Assembly: GCA_017535865.1 (NCBI GenBank)
Contig: JAFXTM010000059.1
Coordinates: forward strand, 40,336-104,335
DNA length: 64,000 bases
Reading direction: 5' to 3'
From: Oscillospiraceae bacterium
Lineage (GTDB): Bacteria; Bacillota; Clostridia; Oscillospirales; Oscillospiraceae
A program made the position numbers and the translations under genes. Shown piece by piece: positions 18,228-27,002 of this stretch. The notes under the pieces were generated by a model. The model worked only from the letters and a program-made list of their open reading frames with translations, had not been told where the DNA came from and did not search any database. How positions within the stretch are numbered: position 1 is the stretch's first letter; each line of letters opens with the position of its first letter.

Positions 18228-18964
18228 TGACAGACGAACGAAACAACACGGCGGGGGAGCGGGAGCAGTCCGGCATTCCCCGCCATATTGCCATCATTCT
18301 GGACGGCAATGGCCGATGGGCAAAAAAGCGCGGCCTGCCCCGCACGGCGGGCCACGCCGCCGGGGCTGAGACCTTCCGCCGTATCGCGCTCTACTGCCGC
18401 GATATCGGTGTAGACTATCTGACGGTCTACGCGTTTTCCACTGAAAACTGGAAACGACCCACCGAAGAGGTCAAAACGATCATGCGCCTGCTCGACAAGT
18501 ATCTCCATGAAGCCATCGAGACCATGGAGCGCGACGGCATGAAAATGCGGATTTTCGGCGATGTGAGCGGCCTCTCTCCCGAGCTGCAGGCCCTCGCACA
18601 CACTGCGGACACGGTCGCCGACCGGGTGGAGGGCTTCCAGGCAAATATCTGTCTCAACTACGGCGGGCGGGATGAGATCGTGCACGCTGCGCGCCGCTAT
18701 GCCACTGACCTGGCCTCCGGAAAAGCAGGGGAGCTGACCGAGGAGCTTTTCAGCTCGTATCTCTACTCCGCCGGGATCCCGGATCCGGATCTGCTGATCC
18801 GTCCGGGCGGTGAACAGCGGCTTTCGAATTTCCTGTTGTGGCAGTGCGCCTATGCGGAGTTCTATTTCACGGACGTGCTGTGGCCGGATTTCACGCCGGA
18901 GGAGCTGGACAGGGCGATCGCCGTGTTCCGCAGCCGCGACCGGCGCTACGGCGGCGTCAAGTAG
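18227..18964 (+). CDS. uppS: Isoprenyl transferase (undecaprenyl-diphosphate synthase)
   Basis: PRHIAIILDGNGRWA...FSTENWKRP...RLSNFLLWQ motifs. Confidence 0.95.
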   Translation: MTDERNNTAGEREQSGIPRHIAIILDGNGRWAKKRGLPRTAGHAAGAETFRRIALYCRDIGVDYLTVYAFSTENWKRPTEEVKTIMRLLDKYLHEAIETMERDGMKMRIFGDVSGLSPELQALAHTADTVADRVEGFQANICLNYGGRDEIVHAARRYATDLASGKAGELTEELFSSYLYSAGIPDPDLLIRPGGEQRLSNFLLWQCAYAEFYFTDVLWPDFTPEELDRAIAVFRSRDRRYGGVK

Positions 18965-18970
18965 ACGGCC

Positions 18971-19654
18971 ATGACGGAGATACAGAAGCGACTTTTTTCG
19001 CTACAGGACGAAGCCTACCGTGACTTTACCGCGCCGCTGCTGCCGACGGTGCCGCGGGAGAGGATCATCGGCGTAAGGCTTCCCGCCGTCCGTGCCCTTG
19101 CAAAAGAGCTGCGGGCCGAGGGAAAAGCGCAGGCCTTCCTGCGCGAGCTGCCGCATCGCTATTATGAGGAGAACAGCCTCCATGCGGCGATCCTTTGCCG
19201 GGAGCGCGATTACCGTGTCTGCATGGAGGAGCTGGAGAGTTTTCTCCCCTATGTGGACAACTGGAGCGTCTGTGACGGGATGGACCCGGCGGTCCTGAAA
19301 AAACACCGCCCGGACTTGCTGACGCGCATTCCGGCCTGGCTTGCCTCGGAACGCCCTTTCACGGTCCGTTTCGGGATTGCCATGCTGATGAACCATTTTC
19401 TGGACGAGGACTTTCGGCCGGCCTTTCTGGAACAGGTGGCCGCGCTCCGTTCGGACGAGTACTATGTGAATATGATGATCGCCTGGTATTTTGCGACGGC
19501 GCTGGCCAAGCAGTACGAGGCGACGCTTCCGTATATCGAGCAGCGGCAACTGGAGAGCTGGACGCATAACAAGAGTATCCAGAAGGCCGTGGAGAGCCGC
19601 CGCGTTTCGGAGGAGCATAAAGCATATCTGAAAACACTGCGCTGGAAGAAATAG
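18971..19654 (+). CDS. DNA alkylation repair protein (AlkD/AlkC-like HEAT-repeat family)
   Basis: 227 aa: LQDEAYRDF...IGVRLPAVRALAKEL...EENSLHAAIL...VDNWSVCD...W. This pattern is characteristic of the DNA_alkylation family. Confidence 0.7.
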   Translation: MTEIQKRLFSLQDEAYRDFTAPLLPTVPRERIIGVRLPAVRALAKELRAEGKAQAFLRELPHRYYEENSLHAAILCRERDYRVCMEELESFLPYVDNWSVCDGMDPAVLKKHRPDLLTRIPAWLASERPFTVRFGIAMLMNHFLDEDFRPAFLEQVAALRSDEYYVNMMIAWYFATALAKQYEATLPYIEQRQLESWTHNKSIQKAVESRRVSEEHKAYLKTLRWKK

Positions 19655-19671
19655 AAACGAGGGAGAACACG

Positions 19672-20814
19672 ATGGTTAACGCCATTACCATATTGGGCTG
19701 TACCGGCTCTATCGGGAGACAGACCGCCGCCGTGGCGGAGCGTTCCGGTGTCCGCGTCGCGGCTCTGACCGCCAATCGCAAGATCGACCTGCTGGAAGAG
19801 CAGGCCCGCCGCTTCCGTCCGGATTTTGTGGCGGTCTACAACGAGGCGGCCGCCAGAAAGTTCCGGCTTGCAGTCGCCGACACCCCGATCCGTGTCGGCT
19901 CCGGTATGGAGGGCCTGATCGAAGCGGCTACGCTGGAAGGCGTTGACTGTGTGGTCACGGCGGTATCCGGCTCGGTCGGCCTGAGGCCGACGCTCGCGGC
20001 CATCGACGCAGGAAAACGGATCGCACTCGCCAACAAGGAGACGCTCGTCTGCGCCGGCGATATGGTGATGGCCCGCGCCGCCGAAAAGGGGGCGGAGATC
20101 GTGCCCGTGGATTCGGAGCACTCGGCAATCTTCCAGTGCCTGATGGGACGAGGGGAGAGGGAGCTCGGCAAAATCCTTCTCACCGGCTCGGGCGGCCCCT
20201 TTCGCGGCCGGAAGCGTGAGAGCCTGGAGGATATCACACCGGCACAGGCGGTGGCGCATCCGAACTGGAGTATGGGCGCCAAGATCTCGGTAGACAGCTC
20301 CACGCTGATGAACAAGGGCCTCGAGTTTGTGGAGGCCATGCATCTGTTCCGCGTCACGCCCGATGAGATCCAGGTGGTAATCCATCCCCAGAGCGTCATA
20401 CATTCTATGGTGGAGCTCGTCGACGGCACCGTGATTGCACAGCTCGGTGTGCCCGACATGGGCCTGCCCATCCAGCTCGCGCTGACCTATCCGGAGAGGA
20501 CGCCGTCCATGTTCGCCCATCTGGATTTTTGGAAGCTCAGGGACCTGAGCTTTGAGGAGCCGGACCTGGTGAACTTCCCCTGCCTGCGCCTCGCGATGGA
20601 CTGCGCCCGCCGAGGCGGCACGGCCCCCTGCGTGATGAGTGCCGCCAATGAGGTGGCGGTGCATAAATTCCTGCGCGGCGAGCTCGGATATAACCGCATT
20701 TACGACGCGGCTGCGGGCGCGGTGGAGACGGTGAACTGGACGAAAGCCGACAGCCTCGAGACTATTCTGGCCAGCGATGAAGCGGCCAGAGCCTATGTAA
20801 AAGAGCATTTTTAA
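19672..20814 (+). CDS. dxr: 1-deoxy-D-xylulose 5-phosphate reductoisomerase
   Basis: ILGCTGSIGRQT...LANKETLV...DSEHSAIFQC...HPNWSMG motifs. Confidence 0.95.
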   Translation: MVNAITILGCTGSIGRQTAAVAERSGVRVAALTANRKIDLLEEQARRFRPDFVAVYNEAAARKFRLAVADTPIRVGSGMEGLIEAATLEGVDCVVTAVSGSVGLRPTLAAIDAGKRIALANKETLVCAGDMVMARAAEKGAEIVPVDSEHSAIFQCLMGRGERELGKILLTGSGGPFRGRKRESLEDITPAQAVAHPNWSMGAKISVDSSTLMNKGLEFVEAMHLFRVTPDEIQVVIHPQSVIHSMVELVDGTVIAQLGVPDMGLPIQLALTYPERTPSMFAHLDFWKLRDLSFEEPDLVNFPCLRLAMDCARRGGTAPCVMSAANEVAVHKFLRGELGYNRIYDAAAGAVETVNWTKADSLETILASDEAARAYVKEHF

Positions 20815-20884
20815 TGGAGGGCGGATCCCCGTCCGTTCAGGCTGACGGAGGTCGCGCTGCTTCCTTTTCTTTGGAGACCTGATC

Positions 20885-21949
20885 ATGACTATTCTGTATA
20901 TCCTGCTGGCTGTTCTGATTTTCGGCGTGTTGATCGCCGTCCATGAGTTCGGCCATTTCACGGCTGCCAAGGCCTGCGGCGTGCGGGTCGAGGAATTTGC
21001 GATCGGCATGGGGCCGGTGCTCTGGAAGAAGCGGAAAGGGGAGACGCAGTACTCTCTGCGTGCAGTCCCGCTGGGCGGCTTCTGCGCCATGACCGGTGAG
21101 GACGAAGCCTCGGATGACCCGCGCGCCTTTACAAGCCAGAGTGCCTGGAAGCGCATGCTGATCCTGGTGGCCGGCGCATTTATGAACTTTCTGCTCGGGC
21201 TGGTGATCATTTTTTGCCTTTTTGTCAGCGCAAAGGGCTTTTACGTCCCGGTCCTGAGCGGCTTTATGGAGGGCTGCCCCTATGAAGGCGCTGATGCGCT
21301 GCAGGCGGGGGACCAGTTTTATTCGATCGACGGGCATCGCATTTACCACACCGACGATGTTTTGACCTTCCTCAGTCGCGGTGGAGACGACTATGATCTC
21401 GTGATGATCCGCGATGGGAAGAAGGTGGTCCTGAAGGATTTCCATATGGTCACGCTGAGCTATGAGGGGCAGGAAAATAAAATGTTCGGCTTCTATCTCG
21501 GCAGTGGGGTGGAAAAGGCTACCTTAGGGAAAAAGCTCAGCCACACCTGGGACACGGCCATGGACTTCAGCCGTATGGTCTGGATGAGCCTGGGCCAGCT
21601 TGTGAGCGGACAGGTGAGCGTCAAGGACCTCTCCGGCCCGGTCGGGATCGTGGACATGATGGCGGAGACCGGCGAACAGGCGGAGACGACAGGCGACGCG
21701 CTGTACAGTATCTTCTATCTTGCCGCTTTTGTGGCTGTCAACCTCGCTATAATGAACCTGCTGCCGATCCCGGCACTGGATGGCGGGCGTGTTTTCCTGC
21801 TCCTGGTCACCTGGGTGATCGAGCATATCACCCATAAAAAACTGGACCCCCGATACGAGGGCTATATCCACGCGGCCGGCATGGTGCTGCTGCTTGGATT
21901 GATGGCTTTCGTGATGCTGAATGATATCGTGAGGATCGTCAGAGGATGA
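20885..21949 (+). CDS. rseP: RIP metalloprotease RseP/RasP (site-2 protease with PDZ)
   Basis: HEFGHF zinc motif in the first TM helix, a central PDZ-like region, and NLLPIPALDGG near the C-terminus. Confidence 0.9.
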   Translation: MTILYILLAVLIFGVLIAVHEFGHFTAAKACGVRVEEFAIGMGPVLWKKRKGETQYSLRAVPLGGFCAMTGEDEASDDPRAFTSQSAWKRMLILVAGAFMNFLLGLVIIFCLFVSAKGFYVPVLSGFMEGCPYEGADALQAGDQFYSIDGHRIYHTDDVLTFLSRGGDDYDLVMIRDGKKVVLKDFHMVTLSYEGQENKMFGFYLGSGVEKATLGKKLSHTWDTAMDFSRMVWMSLGQLVSGQVSVKDLSGPVGIVDMMAETGEQAETTGDALYSIFYLAAFVAVNLAIMNLLPIPALDGGRVFLLLVTWVIEHITHKKLDPRYEGYIHAAGMVLLLGLMAFVMLNDIVRIVRG

Positions 21950-23007
21950 GAACCAGAAACGAGACAAGGCAGATCCGTGTGGGCGGGCTCCCGTTGGGCG
22001 GCGGCGCGCCGGTCACGGTGCAGTCCATGTGCAACACAAGGACATGGGATGTGGAGGCAACGGTCGCGCAGATCAGGGCTTTCCGCAGCGCGGGCTGCGA
22101 TATCGTGCGCCTTGCGATCCCGGACCTGCGTTCCGCAGAGGCGATCCCGGCCATCAAGGAGCAGGTCGATATGCCCCTGGTGGCGGACATCCATTTCGAT
22201 TATAAGCTCGCCCTGATGGCGGCAGAGCGCGGCATCGACAAGATCCGCATCAACCCCGGCAACATCGGCGGCGAGGAGAACGTGAAAGCCGTCGCGGATG
22301 CCTGCCGTTCCCGGCATATCCCGATCCGCATCGGCGTGAATGCCGGCAGCCTCGAAAAGAATCTGCTGGAGAAATACGGCCATCCCTGCCCGGAGGCTAT
22401 GGTGGAGAGCGCGCGCGGCCATGTGGAGCTGCTGACTCGCTTCGGCTTTGAGGATATCTGCCTCTCGCTGAAGTCCTCCACCGTGCCGCTTACGATCGCA
22501 GCCTACCGAATGGCGGCTGAGTGCTTTCCCTATCCGCTGCACATCGGGGTGACCGAGACAGGCACCGAGTGGAACGGCACTATCCAGTCCGCGGTCGGCA
22601 TCGGCACGCTCCTCAGCGAGGGGATCGGCGACACGATCCGCGTCTCCTTGACGGCGGATCCGGTGAAAGAGGTACGCGCCGGGATCGCCATTTTGAAGGC
22701 AGCCGGGCTGCGGAGCGGCGGCGTGCGCTTCATATCCTGCCCCACCTGCGGCCGTACGGAGATCGATTTGATCGGCCTTGCCAAAAGAGTGGAGGAGCAG
22801 GTGAGCTGCCTGGACCGGGACATCACGGTGGCCGTTATGGGCTGTGTGGTGAACGGGCCCGGCGAGGCGCGCGAAGCCGACTACGGCATTGCGGGCGGAA
22901 AAGATCGGGGACTGATCTTTAAAAAGGGGCAGGTCCTCGGTACATATCCCTATGATCGTCTCAGCGATGCGCTGATGGATCTCATTCGCGAGGAAGAGGG
23001 ACTATGA
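21946..23007 (+). CDS. ispG: 4-hydroxy-3-methylbut-2-en-1-yl diphosphate synthase (flavodoxin)
   Basis: VQSMCNT...RINPGNIG...CPTCGRT...GCVVNGPGE motifs. It overlaps rseP by 4 nt. Confidence 0.95.
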   Translation: MRTRNETRQIRVGGLPLGGGAPVTVQSMCNTRTWDVEATVAQIRAFRSAGCDIVRLAIPDLRSAEAIPAIKEQVDMPLVADIHFDYKLALMAAERGIDKIRINPGNIGGEENVKAVADACRSRHIPIRIGVNAGSLEKNLLEKYGHPCPEAMVESARGHVELLTRFGFEDICLSLKSSTVPLTIAAYRMAAECFPYPLHIGVTETGTEWNGTIQSAVGIGTLLSEGIGDTIRVSLTADPVKEVRAGIAILKAAGLRSGGVRFISCPTCGRTEIDLIGLAKRVEEQVSCLDRDITVAVMGCVVNGPGEAREADYGIAGGKDRGLIFKKGQVLGTYPYDRLSDALMDLIREEEGL

Positions 23008-25184
23008 ACGAGACGATCCCGTTTTTAACCATCTTCCCTGGCTGCTCGGATTTCGAGACCATGGCAGGGGGCTTGGACAAGGCATACGTAACAAAGGTGC
23101 AGATCGAAACGCGCGAGCGGCGCATGACGGTCTGTGCCTGGTTTGCATGCATGCCCTCCCCGGTCGAAACGGACGCGATCTGCGGCCGGCTTAAGGAAGA
23201 ATATGCTCTTGACGCCTGCAGTCTGACGGCGGATTATCCGCAGCCGAAGTCGACGGCTGTTCCGCAGGAGGCGTCCGGCGGCGCTCCGACAGGGAGCGTG
23301 CTGTTTGGCCGCGCGATCAAAAAGCGTCCCGTCGCGATGAACACGCTGACGCTCGAATCGGGCCGCGTCTGCGTCGAAGGCGACGTGATCGACGTTACGA
23401 GCCGCACTGTCGCAAAAATCAACAGCGCGGTGCTCAGCTTTGATCTCACCGACCGGACGAACACGATCCGCGTCTCGCGCTTTCTTCACGCGGGCGAGGA
23501 CAAGTCCGTGCTTGAAAAGATCAACACGGGCGATCATCTGATCGTGCAGGGGGACGTCGTATACTCCAAGTATGACGACGATATGGTCCTCGAGCCGCAC
23601 AGTATCATGAAAGGAAAACGCACGGTACGCCGGGACGACGCGCCGGAGAAGCGGGTCGAACTCCACATGCACACGCGCTTTTCCACCATGGATGCGCTCA
23701 CCAAGCCCAAAGCCATCGTGGAGCGCGCCGCCTACTGGGGCATGCCCGCCATAGCGGTGACGGATCACGGTGTTCTGCAGGCATTTCCCGACATGTGGAA
23801 AGAGGGCAAAAAGAACGGCGTCAAGATCATCTACGGCTGTGAGATCTATTATCTCAACGATATGGACGGCAACAGCGCCGTGATCGGCAAGTCCAATCTG
23901 CCGCTGGATACGGAGTTTGTGGCCTTCGATATCGAGACCACCGGCCTGAACGCGCAGCATGACCGTATGACCGAGATCGGCGCGATCCGCTTTACGGCTG
24001 ATAGGGTGCTTGACAGATTCACCACTTTTGTCGATCCCGAGCGGCCTATTCCCGCTGAGATCACCGATCTGACCGGTATCCGTGACAGCGACGTGGCCGG
24101 CGCCCCTTCTGAGGAGGAGGCGATGAAGCGTTTTATCGCCTTTATCGGGGACAGGCCGATCGTCGCCCACAACGCCCATTTTGACGTCGGCTTCATGAAG
24201 GCGGCGGCGCTGCGCCACGGGCTGCGCTTCTCCCCGGTGTTTCTCGATACGCTTGCGCTTTCCCAGGCGTTGCTTCCGGGGCTCAAGCGTTTCAAGCTCG
24301 ACATCGTCTCCAATTATCTGGAACTCCCGGCCTTTAATCACCACCGCGCGACGGACGACGCCGAGGTGGTGGCGCGCATCATGGGGAAGTTCCTCCCCGT
24401 GCTTCAGCAGCAGGGGGCCAAGACGCTGGATGATATCGAGTCGATCTATCATACGCTCCGGCGCACGGACAGGGGCAGGACCTACCATATGATCCTGCTT
24501 GTCAAGAACCGGAAAGGACTGAAAAACCTCTACGAGATGGTTTCGCAGTCCTATCTGAAATACTTCCACCGAAATCCCGTCGTGCCCAAAAGTCTGCTGA
24601 TCCAGCACCGGGAGGGGATCCTGGTCGGTTCGGCCTGCGGTATGGGCGAACTGTACGGCGCGGTGATGCGGGGCGCCAGCCCGAAGGAGCTGGAGAAGAT
24701 CGCCTCCTTTTACGACTATCTGGAGATACAGCCGATCTGCAACAACGCCTTCCTGGTCGAGAACGGCAGGGTGCGCGACGTCGGCGTGCTGCAGGACTAC
24801 AACCGCACGATCCTTGAGCTCGGCCGCCGTCTCGGCAAGCCTGTTATCGCGGCGAGCGACGTGCATTTCCTCGATCCCGAGGACGAGCAGTTCCGCAAGA
24901 TCCTGCAGGCGGCAAAGAAGTTCTCCGACGCAGATCGCGACTGCCCGATCTATTTCCGGACCACTGAGGAGATGCTGGAGGAGTTTGCCTATCTGGGGGA
25001 GGAGACCGCCCGTGAAGTGGTGGTGACCAATACCCGTGCGATCGCAGATCAGATAGAGGAGATCGAACTCCTTCCCAAGGAACTCTTTCCGCCGAAGATC
25101 GAAAACTCCGCTTCCCAGCTCAAGGAGCTCGTCTATGAGAAGATGCACCGTCTCTACGGGGAAAACCCGCCGGAGATCGTGTAG
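23004..25184 (+). CDS. polC: DNA polymerase III PolC-type, N-terminal 726-codon fragment (ends at an in-frame TAG)
   Basis: OB/N-terminal region, PHP start VELHMHTRFSTMDAL, and the DEDDh exonuclease FVAFDIETTGL. It is in the same reading frame as the next fragment and overlaps ispG by ATGA. Confidence 0.93.
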   Translation: MNETIPFLTIFPGCSDFETMAGGLDKAYVTKVQIETRERRMTVCAWFACMPSPVETDAICGRLKEEYALDACSLTADYPQPKSTAVPQEASGGAPTGSVLFGRAIKKRPVAMNTLTLESGRVCVEGDVIDVTSRTVAKINSAVLSFDLTDRTNTIRVSRFLHAGEDKSVLEKINTGDHLIVQGDVVYSKYDDDMVLEPHSIMKGKRTVRRDDAPEKRVELHMHTRFSTMDALTKPKAIVERAAYWGMPAIAVTDHGVLQAFPDMWKEGKKNGVKIIYGCEIYYLNDMDGNSAVIGKSNLPLDTEFVAFDIETTGLNAQHDRMTEIGAIRFTADRVLDRFTTFVDPERPIPAEITDLTGIRDSDVAGAPSEEEAMKRFIAFIGDRPIVAHNAHFDVGFMKAAALRHGLRFSPVFLDTLALSQALLPGLKRFKLDIVSNYLELPAFNHHRATDDAEVVARIMGKFLPVLQQQGAKTLDDIESIYHTLRRTDRGRTYHMILLVKNRKGLKNLYEMVSQSYLKYFHRNPVVPKSLLIQHREGILVGSACGMGELYGAVMRGASPKELEKIASFYDYLEIQPICNNAFLVENGRVRDVGVLQDYNRTILELGRRLGKPVIAASDVHFLDPEDEQFRKILQAAKKFSDADRDCPIYFRTTEEMLEEFAYLGEETAREVVVTNTRAIADQIEEIELLPKELFPPKIENSASQLKELVYEKMHRLYGENPPEIV

Positions 25185-25190
25185 AAGCGC

Positions 25191-26999
25191 GTGGACGTGG
25201 AGCTCAAGACCATCCTTGACCACAACTATGACGTGATCTATATGTCTGCCCAGAAGCTCGTTCAGAATTCTCTTGAGCACGGCTATCTGGTCGGCAGCCG
25301 CGGCAGCGTCGGCTCTTCGCTGGTGGCCTTCATGTCCGGGATCACGGAAGTCAACTCGCTGCCGCCGCACTACGTCTGCCCAAAATGCTGTCATTCGGAG
25401 TTCGTCACCGACGGCAGCTTCGGCTGCGGCGCAGACATGCCGGAGAAGGACTGCCCGGTCTGCGGCGAGCGTATGAACCGCGATGGCTTCGACATTCCGT
25501 TCGAGACCTTCCTGGGTTTTCCCGGCAACGAAAAGACGCCCGATATCGACCTGAACTTCTCCGGAGAGTATCAGGCCAAGGCCCATAAATTCACTGAGAC
25601 TCTTTTTGGAGCCGACCACGTTTTTCGTGCCGGGACCATCGGTACGCTCGCCGAGAAAACCGCATACGGCTACGTGAAAAAGTATCTGGAGGAGCGCGGC
25701 ATCCGCGCGACGAAGGCGGAGGAAAACCGTCTCGCCCAAGGCCTCGTTGGCATCAAACGTACGACAGGCCAGCATCCCGGAGGACTTGTCATCATCCCAC
25801 AGGATATGGATGTGACCGACTTCTGCCCGGTGCAGCATCCGGCGGACGACCCCAACAGCGAGATCATCACGACCCATTTTGAGTATCACTGCATGGAGGA
25901 TAACCTTCTGAAGCTCGATGAACTGGGGCACGATGACCCGACCATGATCCGCATGATGGAGGATATGACCGGCATTGACGCCAAGAAGATCTCGCTCTCC
26001 GACCCGGACACGATGTCGATCTTCATCAGCCCGGCAGCGCTCAGCCTCCCGGACGACGACCCTATCATCGGCAAGACCGGCTCCATCGGCGTACCGGAAT
26101 TCGGAACGCCCTTTACCCGTCAGATGCTTGTCGATACGCAGCCCAGAGCCTTTGATACGCTGATCCGTCTTTCCGGCTTCTCGCACGGGACGGACGTTTG
26201 GGCGGGCAATATCCACGATCTGATCGTGAAGGGTACGGCCAACGTCAACGAGACCATCGGCTGCCGCGACGATATCATGATCTATCTGATCCAGAAGGGG
26301 ATGCAGCCCTCACTGGCCTTCAAAACCATGGAGGCCGTGCGAAAAGGCAGGGTCAAGAAGGAAAACAAGTTTCCCGGCGACGCGGAGGAGCAGATGCGCA
26401 GCATGGGCGTCCCCAACTGGTGGATCGAGTCGGCGCGCAAGATCGCCTATCTTTTCCCCAAGGCTCACGCTGTGGCCTATGTCATGATGGCTTTTCGCAT
26501 CGCCTGGTTCAAGGTCCACGAACCCCTCGCGTTTTACAGCGCGTATTTTTACCGCCGCAGCCAGAAGGGCGGCTTTGACGCGGAGCGGATGTGCGTCGGG
26601 ACCGACGCGGTGCGCCGCAAGATCCACGAGATGCAGCGGCGCAGCGATCTGACCGCAAACGAAGAGGATCTGCTGGTAACGATGGAGGCTGTATATGAGT
26701 TTAACATGCGCGGCTTCCGTTTTGCCCCTATCGACCTGTACAAGTCCGACGCGGCCCGTTTCCAGATCACGGAGGACGGCTGCCTTCGTCCGCCGTTTAT
26801 CTCCATCCTGGGGCTGGGCGAGTCGGCGGCTCAGGACCTGGCTGCCGCCCGGGAGAACGGAAGGAAATTCATCTCCGTTCAGGAGTTGAGCCGCGCCTGC
26901 CCCAAAGTCAGCCAGACGCACCTGGACACGCTCAAGCGGCTCGGCGCTCTTGGCGATATGCCGGAGACGAGTCAGATCAATCTGTTTGACCTACAATGA
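25191..26999 (+). CDS. polC: DNA polymerase III PolC-type, C-terminal fragment (same frame; continuous with 23004-25184 except for TAG at 25182-25184)
   Basis: YLVGSRGSVGSS..., zinc finger CPKC...CPVCG, palm/fingers PDIDLNF...GGLVIIPQ, C-terminal HhH. Both 25191 and 23004 are multiples of 3, so the frame is shared. No SD precedes 25191. Confidence 0.93.
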   Translation: MDVELKTILDHNYDVIYMSAQKLVQNSLEHGYLVGSRGSVGSSLVAFMSGITEVNSLPPHYVCPKCCHSEFVTDGSFGCGADMPEKDCPVCGERMNRDGFDIPFETFLGFPGNEKTPDIDLNFSGEYQAKAHKFTETLFGADHVFRAGTIGTLAEKTAYGYVKKYLEERGIRATKAEENRLAQGLVGIKRTTGQHPGGLVIIPQDMDVTDFCPVQHPADDPNSEIITTHFEYHCMEDNLLKLDELGHDDPTMIRMMEDMTGIDAKKISLSDPDTMSIFISPAALSLPDDDPIIGKTGSIGVPEFGTPFTRQMLVDTQPRAFDTLIRLSGFSHGTDVWAGNIHDLIVKGTANVNETIGCRDDIMIYLIQKGMQPSLAFKTMEAVRKGRVKKENKFPGDAEEQMRSMGVPNWWIESARKIAYLFPKAHAVAYVMMAFRIAWFKVHEPLAFYSAYFYRRSQKGGFDAERMCVGTDAVRRKIHEMQRRSDLTANEEDLLVTMEAVYEFNMRGFRFAPIDLYKSDAARFQITEDGCLRPPFISILGLGESAAQDLAAARENGRKFISVQELSRACPKVSQTHLDTLKRLGALGDMPETSQINLFDLQ

Positions 27000-27002
27000 G
27001 AA

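Noticed and set aside
25182-25184. Genome-wide reassignment of TAG (alternative genetic code or pyrrolysine) as the explanation for the in-frame TAG in polC.
   Set aside because: TAG is the evident terminator of several well-delimited genes in this window: uppS at 18962-18964, the alkD-like gene at 19652-19654, Gx at 12100-12102, PrsW at 12823-12825, MATE at 14270-14272, and 8499-8501. No pyl genes are seen. A global recoding is therefore not supported. A local read-through or a sequencing error remains possible and is reported as a finding.
23025-26216. Very long antisense ORFs opposite recognised genes. Examples: 23025-26216(-), 44182-46461(-), 49714-52140(-), 32756-35212(-), 15951-17957(-), 36951-38630(-), 56273-58162(-), 12740-14311(-), 9491-10819(-), 3739-5013(-), 1738-3642(+), 61138-62307(-).
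   Set aside because: In each case the opposite strand encodes a protein with clear family motifs (PolC, adhesin, ABC exporter, FtsX/M23, PyrH/Frr, LysS and others). The antisense translations are Arg/Gly/Asp/His-rich low-complexity sequences with no motifs. These are the usual shadow ORFs of GC-rich DNA.
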